DNA from: Corallochytrium limacisporum Hawaii
Lineage: Eukaryota > Protista > Pluriformea
DNA length: 64,000 nt
NCBI GenBank assembly: GCA_002811645.1
Contig: PDIP01000093.1
Location: forward strand, 74,790 to 138,789
Reading direction: 5' to 3'
A program made the translations under genes and the position numbers. This document shows, in pieces, positions 33,347 to 43,644 of the stretch. Position 1 is the stretch's first letter. Every line of letters begins with the position of its first letter. The notes under the pieces were generated by a model. The model was not told the DNA's origin and did not search any database. It saw nothing but the letters and a program-made list of their open reading frames with translations.

Positions 33347-34642
33347 CTACCGGCGAGACCGATCCATTCGTCCGGCCATGCGGTTCGATTGCCGGCCACG
33401 GTAGCTTCGGCGGTCGTCACTGCGCTCTGACTCGCGCTCGTAGCGGTCATCGCCGCGGTCCCTGCGGTCGCCACTGCCACGGTCGTAGTTGCGGCCTCCG
33501 CGGTCAGACCGATCTCTATTGTCCCTACGATCGCGGTTTCCACCGCGGTTGTCTCCGCTGCGGTCGTAGCGGCCACGATCCCTGTCCCGATCACTCCGAC
33601 CGGCACGGCTAGATGGTGCGCGACTACTTCGATCATCCTGTGAAGCTGGTGTTCCCGGAGAGGAACGACGGTTGCTGCGGTGCGACAGATCGCCGCGGTC
33701 ACGATCACGGTCACGATCTCGGCGGTCGCGATCACCACCCCTACGGTCTCTGTCTCCACCTTGTCGCGACCGATCGTAGCGATGAGAGCTTGGGGCCGTA
33801 TCAGCTTCATAATCGCTGACGTCACCCTGATCTCCATCATTCTCGTCCTGGTCCATACCGTAGCCCGGTGGCATCACTCCCGGCATCATTCCAGGCGGAT
33901 AGAGGCCGACATCGTCGCCACCATCATCACCGTGGTTGCGCGACTCACGTTCCTCTCTCTGCTGTCTAAACTTATCCCGCATCTGTCCTCGGTGCCGGTT
34001 AAGACCCACGCCCCGGTGTTCATCCTCGTCACCGACTGGCATACGCGCCTTCCTCAGGAATTCGAGCATGTCCACACCTGTCTGTCGGAGCAGATATTGT
34101 TTCTCACAGTACGCTCGCCACGTCTCTTCGGTGAATCCGTAATTGAAGTAATCGCTGATGTCCGCGCCGGGAGCACGCCAGGGCCGTTCCTCGTACTCAG
34201 CTGGGTCGACATCATAGGTGCTCTGGCCGCGGATATCACCAGGAGCATTGAGATCGAGTAGACCGGCGGCGCCCTTCTGATCGCCCTCCGCAGTTGCAGT
34301 TCCCGTAGCTCCAGGTTTTTGCTCTGCACCTGCCTCGGTCTTCAGTAGTGTCGTGGTCGCTGCTGTGGCCGGTGTCTCCGTAGTTCCTGCTGCTAAGGCC
34401 TTGCTAAGGTTACCCTTTGAGGCATCCACGTCGCCCATGGTAATCGCCAGCTCATCGTCGCTGTCTGAGTCTTCTTCTGTGTACTCATCTTCATCTGCCT
34501 CTTCATCGTCTTCCTTCTTTACAGCTCCCTTGGTGTCTTCCCCTTCGACGTCTTCCCGGCTGCGTTTCGTTCCGGTCTTGGTCTGGGGAGGCTGTTCTTC
34601 CTCATCGCCATACAGAAGGGCGTCTTCGTCCACGTCGGCCAT
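33347..34642 (-). CDS. FIP1: Pre-mRNA 3'-end processing factor Fip1
   Basis: EERPWRAPGADISDYFNYGFTEETWRAYC (Fip1 motif); acidic N-terminus (DEDALLYGD); RD-rich tail. Confidence 0.95.
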   Translation of the reverse strand: MADVDEDALLYGDEEEQPPQTKTGTKRSREDVEGEDTKGAVKKEDDEEADEDEYTEEDSDSDDELAITMGDVDASKGNLSKALAAGTTETPATAATTTLLKTEAGAEQKPGATGTATAEGDQKGAAGLLDLNAPGDIRGQSTYDVDPAEYEERPWRAPGADISDYFNYGFTEETWRAYCEKQYLLRQTGVDMLEFLRKARMPVGDEDEHRGVGLNRHRGQMRDKFRQQREERESRNHGDDGGDDVGLYPPGMMPGVMPPGYGMDQDENDGDQGDVSDYEADTAPSSHRYDRSRQGGDRDRRGGDRDRRDRDRDRDRGDLSHRSNRRSSPGTPASQDDRSSRAPSSRAGRSDRDRDRGRYDRSGDNRGGNRDRRDNRDRSDRGGRNYDRGSGDRRDRGDDRYERESERSDDRRSYRGRQSNRMAGRMDRSRR

Positions 34643-35381
34643 AGCTGAGAATGTTTTTCGGTTACAGGAAAATGATTTATCTATCAAGATGTCTAATATC
34701 ACAATATTTTGAACTTGCTTATCGCACCATGTTTTCGGTCTCTTGTCAAACAATAACCAAGTATTCCTACACGTCCGAACTATCCACTTAGATCTTCTCG
34801 TTTTCATGATGGTGTTGAGTACACTGTCTTATAGCCTACCAGGAGGTGACTGCGCCCTGTAAATGCTTACTAATTTAATTATGACTGTTGCGAACGAATT
34901 GACACTGGTCAAGAGCTTCACTGGCAAGGAATGCTAAGATTTTTCAAATCCCCAAAAGTGCACAACTGCAGTGCCCCCCCCAGCCCCGCTCTTGGCTTTT
35001 TCATCCACAACCCCACAACCCCGTTCGGGCCGCCTCCCTTCCCGGCCTCCCCCTCCCCCCGGGGAGGAGGGGGAGCGGCGCGCCACAGTGCGCCATGCGC
35101 AAAGGAAAATCGCGGGCCCTGCTTGCATTGCTTTCGGGAGTCAATTTTTTCCTTCCGGAATGGCCCGGAACGAAAAAAAGGGGGGGGGAGTATGGGAGCA
35201 TAAAGGAAGGGGTGCAATGGGATGATCAGCCTGGCCAGGGGGAGGGGGGGGAGGCAGTGGAGCTGTGGGTCGCGATCGGGAAGCTATGGTTCCCGAGGGA
35301 CGAGGGCATGTTTTCAACCTGATCAAATTCTTTATAACTTTAACCTTGGCAAATCTAAAGAGTGCTGAGGAGAATCTCCAA

Positions 35382-37658
35382 TTACACATTGTCCATGGCC
35401 TTCTGATGCCACTGTGAGCATTCCGAACTGCAGTACCGGTACCACTGACGACTGAAGATTTCGCTCTTGTCATCCGGAAGCGGACGGTCGCAAAATGAGC
35501 AGTGTGTCAGTTCACGTTGGCTGGCCGCGATCCGCTGCTCGGCAGCGTAGGCCCGTTTTTCGCGGTCGGACATGGCCCGAAACTTGGCCATGCGGGACTC
35601 TTTCTCCAAACGGGAGGCCAGGAGCGCTTCCTGGTGCTGCTTTCGCTGGCGCTCAGCCTGCACGGCCTGGGCTCGTGCTGCCTCTTCTTTGGCTTTCTCT
35701 GCAGCTCTCCGTTGCTCCGCGCGCTTTTGTGCTCGTTCGCGGTACCGCGCACGTTCCTTCTCGCGCTCGTCCCTGCGGCGGAGCGTCTCGGCGTCGAGCA
35801 GCGAAGGCAAGCCCGCACCGCCATCCGCATTGGAGGGATCGTCGAGCCAGGGCCAAAGTTCGGGCTCTTCGGCGGCGAACTTGCGTAGAGCGTCTCGGGC
35901 AATGCGAGTCCGGGAGCCCTGGTACGGCACCTGCCCTCGGTAGTCCTTGAGGGTCGGATCTGCCCCATGAGAGAGCAGGACACGAATCAATTGCTCGGTC
36001 TTCGGCGTGCTGTCTTCGAGAAACTCTTCGTCCTCGTCACGACTGTGCCGACTACAGGCTTTGTGCAGGGCAGTCTGGCCCGTACGTTCGTCTCTCTGAC
36101 AGAAGAGGTTCTCAAGAGGAGTCAAATCCTCGTCTTCCTTGTGCTCTGTCGCTACTGCTTCGGCAATTAGTGCGTTGACCTGTTCCAGATCCCCATTGTG
36201 AACCGCATCCAGAAACGGGGCCTGATTGGATGGGGATTCCTCCGCCGAATTTTTGTCCTTGAGATGACTGGTACCGCGCCCCGGACTAGCCAAGCCACTT
36301 TGCGACCCGCCAACACCGAGATCAGTGCTACTGTTTCTCTCTGTGTGATGCGCCCTCTGAAGTAATCTCTCCCTCCTTTCCGCCGCCTCCCTCGCCTTGG
36401 CGATGGCGTCGGAATGGTGCTTGGCGATAGTAGCTTCATCATGCACCCAGCACTGCAGAGTACGGGCGTGGGCCTCCTCGACCAGTTCTAGTGTTGGCTT
36501 TTTGACTACCACTGGCAGTGACCGCAGGCGGGGGTCATTCCGGTTCAACAGGCGGACGTCGTCCTTCTCACCTTCCCCATCCGGATCGGCAAAGAAATGC
36601 CCCCGGACATTGCCGGGAGCATAGATAAACATCATGTCCGCCTCATTCTCCAACCAGTCCGCCCAGTCAGTCATGATGCCTTGAATATCATTCTTCAGCA
36701 TGACCTCACCCTGACGACGCATGTAGGCACCGACACTCTTAGGCTTCTTGCCGCCAGCGTCGCGGGTAGACTGCGCCGTACCCCGCTTACCACGAACTGT
36801 GTACCTCCGGGCTGTCCGATGTTCGATCATCTTCAAGCCTTCAAATAGACCACCGGCAAAATTGCCGCTAGAGGCCATGAACACCGCAACTTTTTGGACA
36901 CTGAGACTCTGCAGGAGAGCGGCTGGGTCGTTGGCATTGCGTTGGCGGTCGCGGCGCCTGTACCCGAGAAGATTGAGATGCAGACTGAAGAGGATGTCCT
37001 CGTCCTTTGGTACAGAAGTCACATTTGCCTGGTCCCTACTGGCACTAGTCTTCTCCTGTGTCTTCTTTATGGCTCCCAGTACCTTCTTCTGCACATCGCG
37101 AGGGAGTCGGGCGATCTGTGCGCGAAAAAACACTCGTGAATTCAATGGTCCTGATGTACTCGCCTCCTCCACATCTACACTTTTCTTTCGGAGCCGACTG
37201 CCATCTTCTACACCCTCATTATCACTGCCATGGTCACTCATCACAGCATTGTCCGACTCATCACTTTCTTCCTCCTCCTCATTCTTGTCTTCGTCATACA
37301 TGGCAGTCTCCTCCGCAGTGCCCTTCATGGCTTTGAACTCGTCCTCAGATATGGATTTCATTCCTTTTGCTCTTCTTTTGGCGTTATGCGCATGCCATGC
37401 TGTGCGGACATGTGCACGTAATGCACCACTTAGAGACCCATCGTCTGCATTGTAGTCCGCCCGACGGCCGTAGGAACACGTGATACAGATGTGATCCTCT
37501 TCCTCTGCCTGGGCGTCAGCTTCCTTTTCTGAGTCGTTCTGATCACTAATCTGTGTGCCATAGGGACTGACATTTAATCGAAACGCATCACCAGCTTCAA
37601 GCACTGAGAAGTAGGCCAACACACCTAGCTCCTTTTGCAGTGCATACACATGGGTCAT
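35382..37658 (-). CDS. ANKZF1: ANKZF1/Vms1 ribosome quality control tRNA endonuclease
   Basis: C2H2 finger (CITC...HVRTAWH), VLRF1 domain RYTVRGKRGTAQSTRD...SVGAYMRR, ankyrin repeats, coiled coil, SDREKRAYAAEQR, C-terminal treble-clef CSFC...YCSSEC. Confidence 0.93.
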   Translation of the reverse strand: MTHVYALQKELGVLAYFSVLEAGDAFRLNVSPYGTQISDQNDSEKEADAQAEEEDHICITCSYGRRADYNADDGSLSGALRAHVRTAWHAHNAKRRAKGMKSISEDEFKAMKGTAEETAMYDEDKNEEEEESDESDNAVMSDHGSDNEGVEDGSRLRKKSVDVEEASTSGPLNSRVFFRAQIARLPRDVQKKVLGAIKKTQEKTSASRDQANVTSVPKDEDILFSLHLNLLGYRRRDRQRNANDPAALLQSLSVQKVAVFMASSGNFAGGLFEGLKMIEHRTARRYTVRGKRGTAQSTRDAGGKKPKSVGAYMRRQGEVMLKNDIQGIMTDWADWLENEADMMFIYAPGNVRGHFFADPDGEGEKDDVRLLNRNDPRLRSLPVVVKKPTLELVEEAHARTLQCWVHDEATIAKHHSDAIAKAREAAERRERLLQRAHHTERNSSTDLGVGGSQSGLASPGRGTSHLKDKNSAEESPSNQAPFLDAVHNGDLEQVNALIAEAVATEHKEDEDLTPLENLFCQRDERTGQTALHKACSRHSRDEDEEFLEDSTPKTEQLIRVLLSHGADPTLKDYRGQVPYQGSRTRIARDALRKFAAEEPELWPWLDDPSNADGGAGLPSLLDAETLRRRDEREKERARYRERAQKRAEQRRAAEKAKEEAARAQAVQAERQRKQHQEALLASRLEKESRMAKFRAMSDREKRAYAAEQRIAASQRELTHCSFCDRPLPDDKSEIFSRQWYRYCSSECSQWHQKAMDNV

Positions 37659-37993
37659 GGTCCGTTCTGTTGTTTCACACCTTGGACCACCTGACCTATA
37701 CGAACCGGTTGTTGCATATTCGCTGATGTAGCAGCATTCTTAGTGCATCCCTTTAATCAACTATCCTTAAGCGTGTCATACCATAAGGTCGAATTCACAG
37801 TTCCCTTCACTACCTTTTCTGCTGCAGCCCTCAAAACATCGGGAAAACGTTCAGCAACGGCACTGGCTGGTGCCACTGTGGGACTCCCCCCCGGGGGGGG
37901 TTCAGTACGTGAGGGACAATCGCGGCGAGAGAGCGGGACTAGACTTGGGTGAGACATAGCAGTGTGTGTGTACTACGGTGATGATATATGTAG

Positions 37994-38093
37994 TGATGGC
38001 AATGATGATGGCAATGATGATGGCGATGATGATGGCGATGATGATGGCGATGATGATGGCGACGATGGCAGAGATGATAGATGATGATGATGG
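37994..38093. repeat. Imperfect tandem repeat, 12-bp unit GATGATGATGGC / (ATG)n
   Basis: Directly visible between ANKZF1 and the DUF547 gene. Confidence 0.9.
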
Positions 38094-38154
38094 TACTCAT
38101 GAAGTCACAAGGAGGCGTTCTTGACGTCTTTGGATGCTCATTTTTGCTAAATCC

Positions 38155-38850
38155 TTACGAGCGACACTTGTTGGGACTCCAATCGTAGTGCAGATACTTG
38201 CCCCGAATCAATTTGGAGGAGTCCTGTACGCCGGACAGCTTGGTCTTACTGTGCTTCAGACAAAAGTCCAAGGGACCCTCATAGCTACCCAGACTAAAAT
38301 CAGACTCGTACCACTTGAAGATGGCACTCAGACGGACCCTAGTTCCGTCTACCTGCATACCATTGTGTTCGTCAAGGAATACGCGTGTGCGTTCATCCAA
38401 AAACTCGTCAATGTCCTCAGTATCCATCAGACGGCGGGGTAGACGTGGACAAGAGTAAGATGCACAGTTCAGATACATGTGTAAACGAGGATCTTCAAAC
38501 TCCGGTCGGATTATTTTGTTCTCCAGTGCGTACAAGGTCATCTTCTTGCCGCAGATTGTGTGCTTAGCCATGAAGAAGAAGGACACCTTGTTGTACCATT
38601 TTTCGTTCGTATAAGTTGGCTTTTTCTTCATTTGTTCGACAGTAGCCCGCAGACAGACCATGTTGTATGCGTTGCAGAAAAAGGCCATACGCTCCTCTCG
38701 GCTCTTGCCTTCTAGATTCGCGGTGGCAACGTACTGGACATTGTGGTTTAGCATTTCCATAGCTGCTGTGTCCTTCATAAGTGCTGCATACTTCACCCAA
38801 CCATCCTCGGTGATGTACTCTACCGGGAGCTTAAAACCCTTTGTCGACAT
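38155..38850 (-). CDS. DUF547 domain protein
   Basis: ERMAFFCNAYN, LYALENKIIR--F-DPRLHMYLNCASYSCP-L, LSAIFKWYESDF, YDWS. Confidence 0.9.
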   Translation of the reverse strand: MSTKGFKLPVEYITEDGWVKYAALMKDTAAMEMLNHNVQYVATANLEGKSREERMAFFCNAYNMVCLRATVEQMKKKPTYTNEKWYNKVSFFFMAKHTICGKKMTLYALENKIIRPEFEDPRLHMYLNCASYSCPRLPRRLMDTEDIDEFLDERTRVFLDEHNGMQVDGTRVRLSAIFKWYESDFSLGSYEGPLDFCLKHSKTKLSGVQDSSKLIRGKYLHYDWSPNKCRS

Positions 38851-39731
38851 TTGTAAATGTGGTGACAGTCGCAATACTAAAGATCACCCCGTAGATGTTT
38901 CAAAGACAATTCCCCTGAACCACAGGTCTCACTGTAGCTCGTGCGTTACGCTCCTTTAAATACCCCAGGATCTTACATCCACGTATTCTTGGCATCGTAA
39001 CAAACCAAAGCCTACAACTAGTACACGTGAAAGCACATGATCCACAACCTGCGTCTCCATCAATCCGAAGACAACGCAAGGAAAGCCGGTGCAAGTTGGC
39101 GCCAGTCAACCTGCGTAGAGTTTCAAATCCGCTGCTGGGGTTTCCCGCAGGCAAGGGGGAGAAGGTATGTTCGGACGGACCGGAAAGAAATTGTTTTGTT
39201 CACACCCCGGAATACTATAGTACATTTAGTACGGAAATACACTTCATCTAAAACACGGGGCGAACGGGACCGAACGATCCCGAGAGATTTTTCTCTCTCG
39301 AGGGTATGGGCCCACAAAAACGAAAAAGACCGGTCCAGACAGGCATACCCGTTCACCTCTCTGTGCGCTCTGCATGAACGTTAAGGGCACGACAAAGTCA
39401 GCGCATTTTCATGTCCAGCGCAGTTGTGCTTAGATATTGTTGGAAACAATCCCTGCTCCGTCACCACCCGGGGCATGTACCAACGATCGCAAAGGCGGGC
39501 TGTGGGCACATATGCGACCCACACCCCGGACACCCCGTGTGAGTTGAGTTGACGTCACAGGCACAGGGAGGGTCAGCGGATGCGACTTCATTGTTGCGTC
39601 CGTACGGAATCCCAATCGGATGGCCTCTGTATTGGGGAATAAGGGGATTCTATCCATTCTCATGCATGCGGGTGTGAAAAGGATTTTATTATGCTTTGCA
39701 ATGAATGGTGTCCGGAGTGGAATGAATGACT

Positions 39732-41840
39732 TCAAGGCCGCACAATCTCGACCTCGCAACGGCTGGAGATACAATGTGCCATGAGCTGATCAGAATCCAC
39801 GGTGTCGAAGGTGGACTCGTCTGGGATGGCGATGCGGATGCGGGCGTAGGAGCCCGCACTGTTTCCCTTGACGAAACGGCCCGGGTTCAAGACCGTGGTA
39901 GCTTCGGTGGTGTGTGCAAAATAGACCAGGTCGGAAGGTAGGATGAGGACATCTGGCATAGCGGGCACTTCCATTTTTGAGGCTTGCTTCATGTCCACAT
40001 TGACCTCCAGGTGAGTTGGAAACAATGGGTAATATGACCGCTGGTGCAAAAGATGGGAAGTTAAGCGCTGCATGCGGTTGCTCTTGACTGCGCCGCCCTT
40101 GGCCTGGCGGGAAATCTCTTCCCCACTCAGATGCTTTACCACGTCAAAGGTTGCTACGCCGACAACAACTTCATTCAGGCAGAAGGTGAAGGGGTTAGCT
40201 ATGCAGTGCACGCGTTCGTGTTCCATGGCCAGATCGAGCGCGTTGTACATGGGGGTCGGACAAATGGGCTCGTTGTTGATGTCTTGGGCGGATGGGACTA
40301 GTACAACCTGCAGATCCTCGTGGCGCTGCAGAGCTTGTACTAATGGGCCGCTGAAATGCTCAGCTACAAGGTCGGCAACTGTGTGATCCCGGCAAGAAGC
40401 CAGCAGAGGATGCGACTCATGCAAAATTGGGCCCAGAACCACCAGGACGGAAGGTACGGTCCTCTCATCGTCGTCAAAGCTGTTTAAAAATTCTTTCCAT
40501 GGAGTGAATTCCAGCTCGTTGGCGAGGCAGAATGGTCCAGATATGGCGGCGATTTCCATAGGCCGGTAAGGGCCAGCCGGCTCTGCCTTGGTATTCACGC
40601 CATCGCCGTAGTAGAAGGCCTTGACACGATGGGAAGGCGTCTTGGGCAGGCTGGGAATGCAACCCGGCAGGATCTGTTTGGCGTGGATACAGCCACCAGT
40701 CGGGTTCATACCCTCTACGGCAATCACTTGACCAGGAAAGATTGAGAACGAGGGCACATCGTGGAGATCTAATGTTACCCGGGCACCTCCAGATGAAGCA
40801 ATGTTTCCTTCGAGCAGGGCACTCACTTCGTTCAGGCGGCCTTCACCATCGCACCAAATGCGGCCACAGTACCAGCCCATGCTGTGGTTGACCGCATTGA
40901 CGGGCAAGTACTCTTCAATGGGTGGATTAGTCGTGCCCTGCATCTGGATACCCATCTCGTTGATGCGCCAGTCAAGATCCTCACAGATCTCATCCATGCG
41001 GTTCCATCCGTAGCGGTAGTCCTCTGTCAGATTGGTACGGCTGTTGTGCACGGTAAAGTCAACCGGAGGACGAGATGTCCGGCTCTGCACATCTTCAGCA
41101 ATTCCACTTCCGATCTTGTGGTTCATAAGCACCTTTCCGCTCTGCGTCCGCATCTTCATGTACGGAGTATCCCCCAGGGACATGCCGGTCAGAGCCTGTA
41201 GGGCTGGCGATGGCGTCGCTTGCCCCAGCACAACGCTAGTGCGAGCGGCCGACGTAGGGGTGCCCTGGGTACTTGTTCCACGCTTACTGGCACTGGTGCT
41301 GCCTTCGGCAGGACGCTTCTGTAATGACGACGGGGTCGTTGGGGATGTGTTGTAGCGAACGTCTGCAGCATTGAGGACGCTCTTCGTCCGGTCAGCCATT
41401 GGGGTCGAGGAAGATCCCTGGGTTGGTGTGTGGAGGTTGTGCGTCACGCCCATGCCACTCAATTTTCCTGAGAGAGATGCTTTGTTATACACACTTCCCA
41501 TGGACTTGGCACTCATCGGCGTACTGGCGCTGCCACCTATACCCTTGCTCATGGACCTCTTGTGGGAGTCATAAAGGTGCGTGCGCAGCGCCTCGAAGCC
41601 CTCTACAGTGGGTTTGATATTGGCGTTGTAAGCGTAGGCTTCCCATTTTGTGACCAAATCAGCAACACCTATGTAAAAGTTTTCCGCAATGCTCACCGCC
41701 ACAGCCAGGGCATCATCACTGATGTTTTCGGCACCCAGGGCGCGGAATTCTTCTCGTAGTTCAGCGGTCATCTTCTGAAGCCTTGGGGGCATCGCTCCAG
41801 CGGAGACAGCGCCCTGTTCCTGATTCACAACAGCAACCAT
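39732..41840 (-). CDS. POLA2: DNA polymerase alpha subunit B
   Basis: GRIWCDGEGRLN, FSIFPGQVIAVEGMNPTG, ISGPF, LLHQRSYYPLFP, PDVLILPSDL-YF, NPGRFVKG. Confidence 0.95.
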   Translation of the reverse strand: MVAVVNQEQGAVSAGAMPPRLQKMTAELREEFRALGAENISDDALAVAVSIAENFYIGVADLVTKWEAYAYNANIKPTVEGFEALRTHLYDSHKRSMSKGIGGSASTPMSAKSMGSVYNKASLSGKLSGMGVTHNLHTPTQGSSSTPMADRTKSVLNAADVRYNTSPTTPSSLQKRPAEGSTSASKRGTSTQGTPTSAARTSVVLGQATPSPALQALTGMSLGDTPYMKMRTQSGKVLMNHKIGSGIAEDVQSRTSRPPVDFTVHNSRTNLTEDYRYGWNRMDEICEDLDWRINEMGIQMQGTTNPPIEEYLPVNAVNHSMGWYCGRIWCDGEGRLNEVSALLEGNIASSGGARVTLDLHDVPSFSIFPGQVIAVEGMNPTGGCIHAKQILPGCIPSLPKTPSHRVKAFYYGDGVNTKAEPAGPYRPMEIAAISGPFCLANELEFTPWKEFLNSFDDDERTVPSVLVVLGPILHESHPLLASCRDHTVADLVAEHFSGPLVQALQRHEDLQVVLVPSAQDINNEPICPTPMYNALDLAMEHERVHCIANPFTFCLNEVVVGVATFDVVKHLSGEEISRQAKGGAVKSNRMQRLTSHLLHQRSYYPLFPTHLEVNVDMKQASKMEVPAMPDVLILPSDLVYFAHTTEATTVLNPGRFVKGNSAGSYARIRIAIPDESTFDTVDSDQLMAHCISSRCEVEIVRP

Positions 41841-42147
41841 TCTGATCCGTCTTATACAATCTTGTATCACTATCCAGCCATGTCTTCCTTTCCGGCTATC
41901 TCTCCTTTTACCTTCTCGTTGTGATCTTGGCCTGCAACCGTGAGATGCCTTTGCAATGATTAGCAATTCGGAATTCTAGAGCATTCATCTGAAATACGCG
42001 TCTTGTCAATGCAGACCTAGGGTGTACCTCAAGCCGGCCCAACGGATCCTGACGTCGAAAGGGCCCTGACCTATTTGGAGGATACACCGCATCTCCGTCT
42101 CCATTTCCAATCTGCACCGAACTGTACCCCGTGCATTGCGCGCTCGC

Positions 42148-42161
42148 TTTCGCGCGCGAAA
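42148..42161. promoter_or_regulatory. Palindromic double E2F-type site TTTCGCGCGCGAAA upstream of POLA2
   Basis: Perfect 14-bp palindrome containing TTTCGCGC on both strands, about 310 bp upstream of the POLA2 ATG. Confidence 0.65.
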
Positions 42162-43644
42162 TCAGACCCGCCTTCGCCGTCTCCACGACCTCCTATAAAA
42201 GGTCCGGATATAAAAATGTCCAGATTTACATATAATGTATACTCAGATCTATCCGCATGATTGCTCATATTCAGGATAGGCGATCCTACATAAAAAAGCA
42301 ACAAAGCTGTATCCGGATATATATTTCGTCTGGTCTTTGCCTATGTCGGTGGTTTGTGTTAAATGTACACACTGCAATTGCGCAGTCGCCATGATGAGAC
42401 CCGCATTGTCCTCTTACTTGCACATCTCAATAGTGAATGGATAGCGATCATCTGTGCTGAATTACTTCACGTATGAGTGTTCGCAAGGTTCTGGATTCTG
42501 TCACATTGTTTTCGTTTTCCGCTGTGCGCTAGGAGGCACTCCTATAGTGAATGTACTGAGCGATCCCGTCGTGCTCTCACTATACACACACACGTCCCGC
42601 ACTCTACACAGAGAGACCTGGGGGTGAATGGCGCGCCCCGGGGCAGAAGTGAGACGCGGTTGGGTTCTTTGTAGCGCGCTCTGGCCGGCAGCAAAGACAA
42701 AGGAAAAAGGCGTGGCGCATGTGTGGCATGTGTGACGGGAGCCCCCGGGGGGGGGGGGGGGGGGGGGTGGGTGCGTGACCAAAACCGACCAGCCCCTCGA
42801 GGTAAGCGTTAGTTTCCGATAACCAAAGGGCCCAAACAAAGCGAAAAGGCGTATGTGGAGTTTTTCTTTTACTTTCCTTTTTGCTTTTTTCTTTGCGTCT
42901 CCCCCCCTCGCGGGCGGGGGGCCTCGCCGCTCCTCTCTAGCCCTACCCGGGTTTTCACCCCTCGTCTCCCACCCATCTCTGTTATTGTTAGTTATTTTTC
43001 ATATTGTCCACCCCCACCTTCCTGTACACCCCCCACCCCCCTGCTTCTCCTTCTCCCCACCCCCTTCCATTTTTTCTTATTTCAGAAAATACTTTCCTTT
43101 ATCTGCAAAAGGGGAACAATTCGGAAAAGTGAATCAAGGGAGAAAACAGGAGCCCCGGGAAGGGGGGGGGGCCAAAGTAAGCGCATCAATTTTACTGCTG
43201 CCGGGCCTGCAATTTCATTCGCTAGTCTTTTTTCCCTTTTTTGTGGGTTCAAACGCACCGACACCAACCAAAAGCTCAGCACATCGACAACGCGCAGCAA
43301 GGGGCACCGGGGACCGACCACTTGTCCGGGGGAAACGATGAGTACGGTGTTTGGGATTGTCTGTGGACATGCGGAACCCCATATGGAAAGAAAAGATTTC
43401 ATTCCACTCGTCTAGACTGTGGTGCATACTTATGTGATAAGTTTAGGACAAAGGTAGAAGAGCATGGATTTTCATCATTTTATCAAAACTTACCAAATTA
43501 AGAATATTCAGTATTTTGTCACTTATTTTATTGACCTTGCTATATTTATCTGTGATCTTCTGAAAAGATCATACCACAATGTTCGGGAATTGCTAGCAGA
43601 AAGCTAAGACCGTAATTTAGAAAATCAGAACAAGAGGATTCACC

